Below, piece after piece: positions 59,683 through 64,000 of a DNA stretch of 64,000 nucleotides. This DNA comes from the human T2T-CHM13v2.0 reference genome, Homo sapiens: NCBI RefSeq assembly GCF_009914755.1, contig NC_060926.1. One strand, written 5' to 3'. The notes beneath the pieces were generated by a model. It saw only the letters and a list, made by a program, of their open reading frames with translations, searched no databases and had not been told where the DNA came from. Position numbers and translations under genes: made by a program. How positions within the stretch are numbered: position 1 is the stretch's first letter; each line of letters starts with the position of its first letter.

Positions 59683-60230
59683 AGACAACTGATTTTCAAC
59701 AAAGGTTCCAGGAATATATATTGGGAAAATGTAAGCTTTTTCAATAAATGGTGCTGGAAAAACTGGATATCCATATGGAGAAGAATGAAACTAGGCTCAC
59801 GTATCTCACCACATACAAAAATCAACTCAAACTAGACTTAAAAGATTTAAGTATAAGATCCCAAACTAGAAAACTCCTAGGAAAAAAAACCGGGGAAATG
59901 CTTTGGGACATTGGTCTGGGAAAATATTTTGTACCCCAAAAGCACAGGCAGCAAAAGCAAAAATAGGGGAATCTATCAAATATCTAAAATAGTATTATAT
60001 CAAACTAAAAAACTTTGCACAGCAAAGGAAACAACCAACGTAGTAAAGGGACAATCTGTAGAATGGAAGAAAATATTTGCAAACTATACATACAAGTGAT
60101 TAATATCTAGAATATACAAGGAACTCAAACAACAGGAAAAAAATGACAACAACAACAACAAAACAATGAATAATCTAACTTTAAAGTGGACAAAGGATCT
60201 GAATAGGCACTTCTTTAAAAAAGACATACA

Positions 60231-60605
<375 letters not shown>

Positions 60606-61464
60606 TCACCTCATACCAGTTAGAATGACTATTATCAAAAAGACAAAAATAAAATAAAATAAAAAACAAATGCTGGCAAGGACACAGAGAAAAATGATCT
60701 CTTATGCACTATTGGTGGGAATGTTAATTATTACAGTCATTATGGAAAACAGTATGGAGTTTCCTTAAAAAACTAAAAATAGAACTATCATATGATCCAA
60801 CAATCCCACTACTATTTGTTCAAAGGAAAGAAAATAAGTATATTGAAAAGGTATCTGCATTCTCATGTTTATTGCAGCACTAGTCACAACAGCCAAGATA
60901 TGGAATCAACCTAAATGTCCATTAACTGATGAATGGATAAAGAAAATGTGGTATATATACACAATGGAATACTACTGAACCATAAAAATGAAATCCCATC
61001 ATTTATGACAACACGGATGAGCCTGAAGGACATAATTTTCAGTGAAGTAAGTCGGACAAAGAAGGAAAAATATTGTGTGTTCTCACTTATGTGTGGAATC
61101 CAAAAAAGTCGGGCTCATAGAAGTGGAGAGTGAAATAGTGGTTATTAGGGGATAGGCAGTATAAAGGGGAGAGGGAGATAGGGAGAGGTTGTTTAATGAA
61201 TACAAAATTGCAGCTAGATAAGAGGAAAGTGTTCTAGTGTTCTAAAGCACTACAGGGTGACTAGTTAACAATAATTTATGGTGTATTTTCAAACAGCTAG
61301 AAGAGAGGATTTTGAATGTTCCCAACACAAAAAATGGTAAATATTTAAAGTGATAAATATGCTATTGACCCTGATTGTATCATTACACATTGTATAAGTG
61401 TACTGAAATATCTCTCTCTACCCCATTAATACGTACAGTTATTATGTGTTTATTTAAAATAAAA

Positions 61465-62620
61465 ATGGATTTAATAGAATAAGTACTGATTTATTACAAT
61501 ATAATGAAGACATTTATAGATCAGTTTCATGAATGAACATAGATGTAATAATTACCTGATCATCCCAGATGCAAAACATTGTTTGATAAAGTTCAGTACT
61601 TACATTTATAATTTAGAAAATCTTAGAAACTTGAAAAAATATATAACTGTGACTGGTGAAGCAATTAAGTTAAAATTACAAAATGTAAGGCAGTATTCTT
61701 GTGACAGGGCAGGAAATGACTTCTTAAACAAAACTTGAAAAGCATAAATCATCAGGCCAAAAAAAGAACTAATTTACACTGAAATTAAGAATTTTACTTC
61801 AATAAAGGACATCACACATTAATAGATATCTACCAAGATGAAGAAGATATTTGTGGCATCTAAACCAACAAGGGATTTTTTTTAATATACAAAGATCTAA
61901 AAATGGATAAGGAAAATATAACTCCAATAGATAAAATGGGCAAGGCAATTTTACAAAAGAGGAAATCTAGAAAGTTAACAAGCATGTATCAGGATGTTTA
62001 AACTCATTGGTAATCAGTGAAATACAAATTAAAACAATTAGATTGACCAAAAAAATAGACAGTTGGATAATACCAAGTATTAGAGAGGATGTGGGGATAT
62101 AGGGACACTGGGACTTTCAGGCACTGCTGAAGCAAAGGCAGGCTATAGGGCAGTTTTTCACTATTTAGTATTATTAACTAGGCATGTGTCCTGTAAGTTA
62201 GCAATTCCACTCTGGATATGTATCCTGGAAATCATCCTTGGGGTCTGTAAAGTGACATGTATGACCATGTTCATTGCAACATGGGTTAAGGGAGTAGGAA
62301 TTTATAGGTAACTTGGGTATTTATCACTGTGGGAGTGGATAGGAAAAACGTGATGGAGACACAATATGGAGTATTATGTAGCAGTTGGAAGCAAAGAATT
62401 ACAAAACATTACATTGTACCCCGTTAATATACATAATTATTATGTCAATTAGAAATGAATCAATACACATATGCTTGGTGAAAAAAGTTGGAAACAGAAG
62501 ATATATAATATTATTTACAAAAATTAAAAAGTTATGCACACACAAAAATACATATATTTCAAGACGATTTTGAATTAAAAGGATACACATAAAGCACATT
62601 AACCTATGGTAGTGTTATGA
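61465..62620 (+). mobile_element. Ancient L1ME-like fragments
   Basis: Degenerate ORF2/3' motifs 'cagtgaaatacaaattaaaaca', 'agcaattccactctgg', 'atgttcattgcaac'. Confidence 0.55.
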
Positions 62621-62678
62621 CAATAAAATGAGATATGCAAATAGAAGAAAAAAGGCAGAAGGAATGAAGGGTGAAAGA

Positions 62679-63118
62679 TGCATTAGTTAGCTATTGTTAC
62701 AGTAATACTGCATAATAGTTACTATAATTTCAGTGGTTCATAAATAAACATTTATTTCACACCATCTGAAGGTCGGTTTGGAGTTGGCTTATCTAGGCTA
62801 GGAACTCGGTTACAAGCTAAAGGTTGGGTCCAGGTATGTTCCATATGTTTCTCACCATTCTTAGATTAGTCATTACCAAGTTATGTTTTTCTTGTGATGA
62901 AGAGCAGGTGCTCAGGTGGGCAAGCCTAACCATGCTAATGCAATGGGACTAATATCCTGTTAACCAAAGCAAGTTATTCAGCCAAGCCCAAAGTCCAGTG
63001 TCAGGAAAAATGTTCCACCCACCAGGAGGAATATTCCTCCTGGCTATGGCAAGGGTATAGATATATAATAATAATACAGGTAGGCTAAATATTTGGAATC
63101 AGTAATTCCATCTACCAT
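62679..63118 (-). mobile_element. MLT1-family LTR
   Basis: 'tgcattagttagctattg' start, 'ccaaagcaagttattcagccaagccca', 'ccatctaccata' end. Confidence 0.7.
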
Positions 63119-64000
63119 AATGGTGCCTAAGTAGATAGGTAGGTATGTAGGTAGGTAGATAGATTTATGTTATTATATGTGTGCATATAAATATATTCAT
63201 ACATTCATAAAATAAGAAATAAAGAGGAGACTTGCATGGACAAATAACAATAAGGCATAAACAGAGGAATATGATAAATAAATTCCGTACACTGAAGACC
63301 CAAAAAACCAAACCAAAACACTAAACCACACTAGGAACAGAAGGGAATGGTAAGTGAGTAGGAAGTTCAGGCTAAGTATCAGAGGTGGCATTGCAAATGA
63401 TTTCAATTAGTTATTGCCATACTCATTATAGGAAGGAAGAGCACAAAGAAAATGTATTACTCTCTTATTTGGAACTTGTGTGTTGGGTTTGTTTTTGTTG
63501 TTGTTCTTTGATAAAGATAAGTGATCCCATACTGTTAAATAGAGCTATAATCTGCTTCCGTTGTAAGCAATGCTGCAATATGGTCAAGAATATCTAAAGT
63601 TTTGGAGTTCTAATATAAAGTGAGATGAGGCCCACTTTGGCTCTATTCTGAGCTGCTTAATGTACCAAAGTCAGCTCTTTGCTGTTTGTTGTACATTTAG
63701 CATACCAGAAGGAAAATCACACACGGATTTTACATAGGGACCATTAATGGAAATCAGCTAATAGAAAAAAAATCGTGAAATGACCACACTTAAACTTAAA
63801 ACTTCCATTTATCCATAGAAAAATCAGCAAATTATTGGAAAGAGATCTTTGCAAAGCAATGTGGAATTGATATCTAGAACATACAAGAAACTTTGCAAAC
63901 AAGCAAGAAAAGGACAGGAAACAAAAATTTTTTTAAAAATGGGCAAAGCACATGAACAGGCAATTGACAGGAAAATTGAAATAGCTATTGTGTATATGAA

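Overview
This is human genomic DNA, shown by a human-specific AluYb8, and it is intergenic or deep intronic. I see no host protein-coding exon, RNA gene or CpG island, and I cannot name the locus. Transposable elements dominate the window. They include a full-length, inactivated L1PA3/L1PA2 (31109-37134) with an intact antisense ORF0, and a two-LTR HERV-H provirus (47419-53486). The provirus sits in the 5' UTR of an old full-length L1MA4/5-like element that also carries five Alus, two of them very young. There are also many solo LTRs (MER41A, MER57/93, two LTR8, THE1C, MST, MLT1/2), MER85, MADE1, MER5, MIR and L2 fragments. The least explained feature is a ~310-bp inverted repeat (14138-14450 and 15002-15312) around a ~550-bp spacer, in sequence I do not recognise as a repeat, about 1.1 kb from a perfect FOX::ETS composite motif. 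I found no convincing evidence of a wholly new biological system. Repeat family calls come from my recall of consensus sequences, not from a database search.
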